64,000 nt of DNA. Origin: Octopus vulgaris. Lineage: Eukaryota. The notes under the pieces are model-generated. The model made no database searches, was not told where the DNA came from, and saw only the letters and a program-made list of their open reading frames with translations. Below, in pieces: positions 63,806 to 64,000 of this stretch. The stretch is from contig OX597824.1 in assembly GCA_951406725.2 (NCBI GenBank), positions 14,446,001 through 14,510,000 on the forward strand. Reading direction: 5' to 3'. Within the stretch, counting starts at the first letter, position 1. Each line of letters opens with the position of its first letter. Both the position numbers and the translations under genes were made by a program.

Positions 63806-64000
63806 TTTTGAAAATTGTAGTATTCTCAAGTGAAGCATTTGTCAGAGTATTTCATCTGCAGAAGAAGGTTACTGCTTGTTAAGTATGAAATTTTGGAAAG
63901 AAATTACAAATTGTTAAGTGTGAAATTTTGGTAAGAAATCATACATGTAAAATAGAAGACTGCTATTTGTTAGATGACAAATTTTGATAAGAAATTATAT

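Overview
AT-rich, repeat-dense eukaryotic (metazoan) genomic DNA. The SINE repertoire, microsatellite load and gene content suggest a mollusc, probably an octopus; this is inference from recall, not a database result. Four protein-coding loci are supported: (1) a complete 4-exon ERG28 homologue (+, 5250-16850, 170 aa); (2) a 2-exon gene on the - strand (38166-32604, 368 aa) with four dispersed C2H2-like zinc fingers; (3) a 393-codon orphan ORF (+, 50733-51914); (4) the first three coding exons of CEP128 (+, 61590-63409, continuing beyond the window). The rest is mostly mobile DNA. There are four SINE-like families (dozens of copies), many MITEs with recoverable TIRs and TSDs (hAT, piggyBac-like, and GG-ended Merlin/Mutator-like), and non-autonomous Helitron and Helentron elements. 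There are also decayed CR1-like, RTE and CRE-type LINE fragments, a DD37D (maT) transposase relic, a Gypsy gag-protease relic, three solo LTRs, minisatellites and a long unexplained inverted repeat. No CRISPR, rRNA or true tRNA genes were seen. All coordinates were read by eye, and repeat boundaries are approximate.
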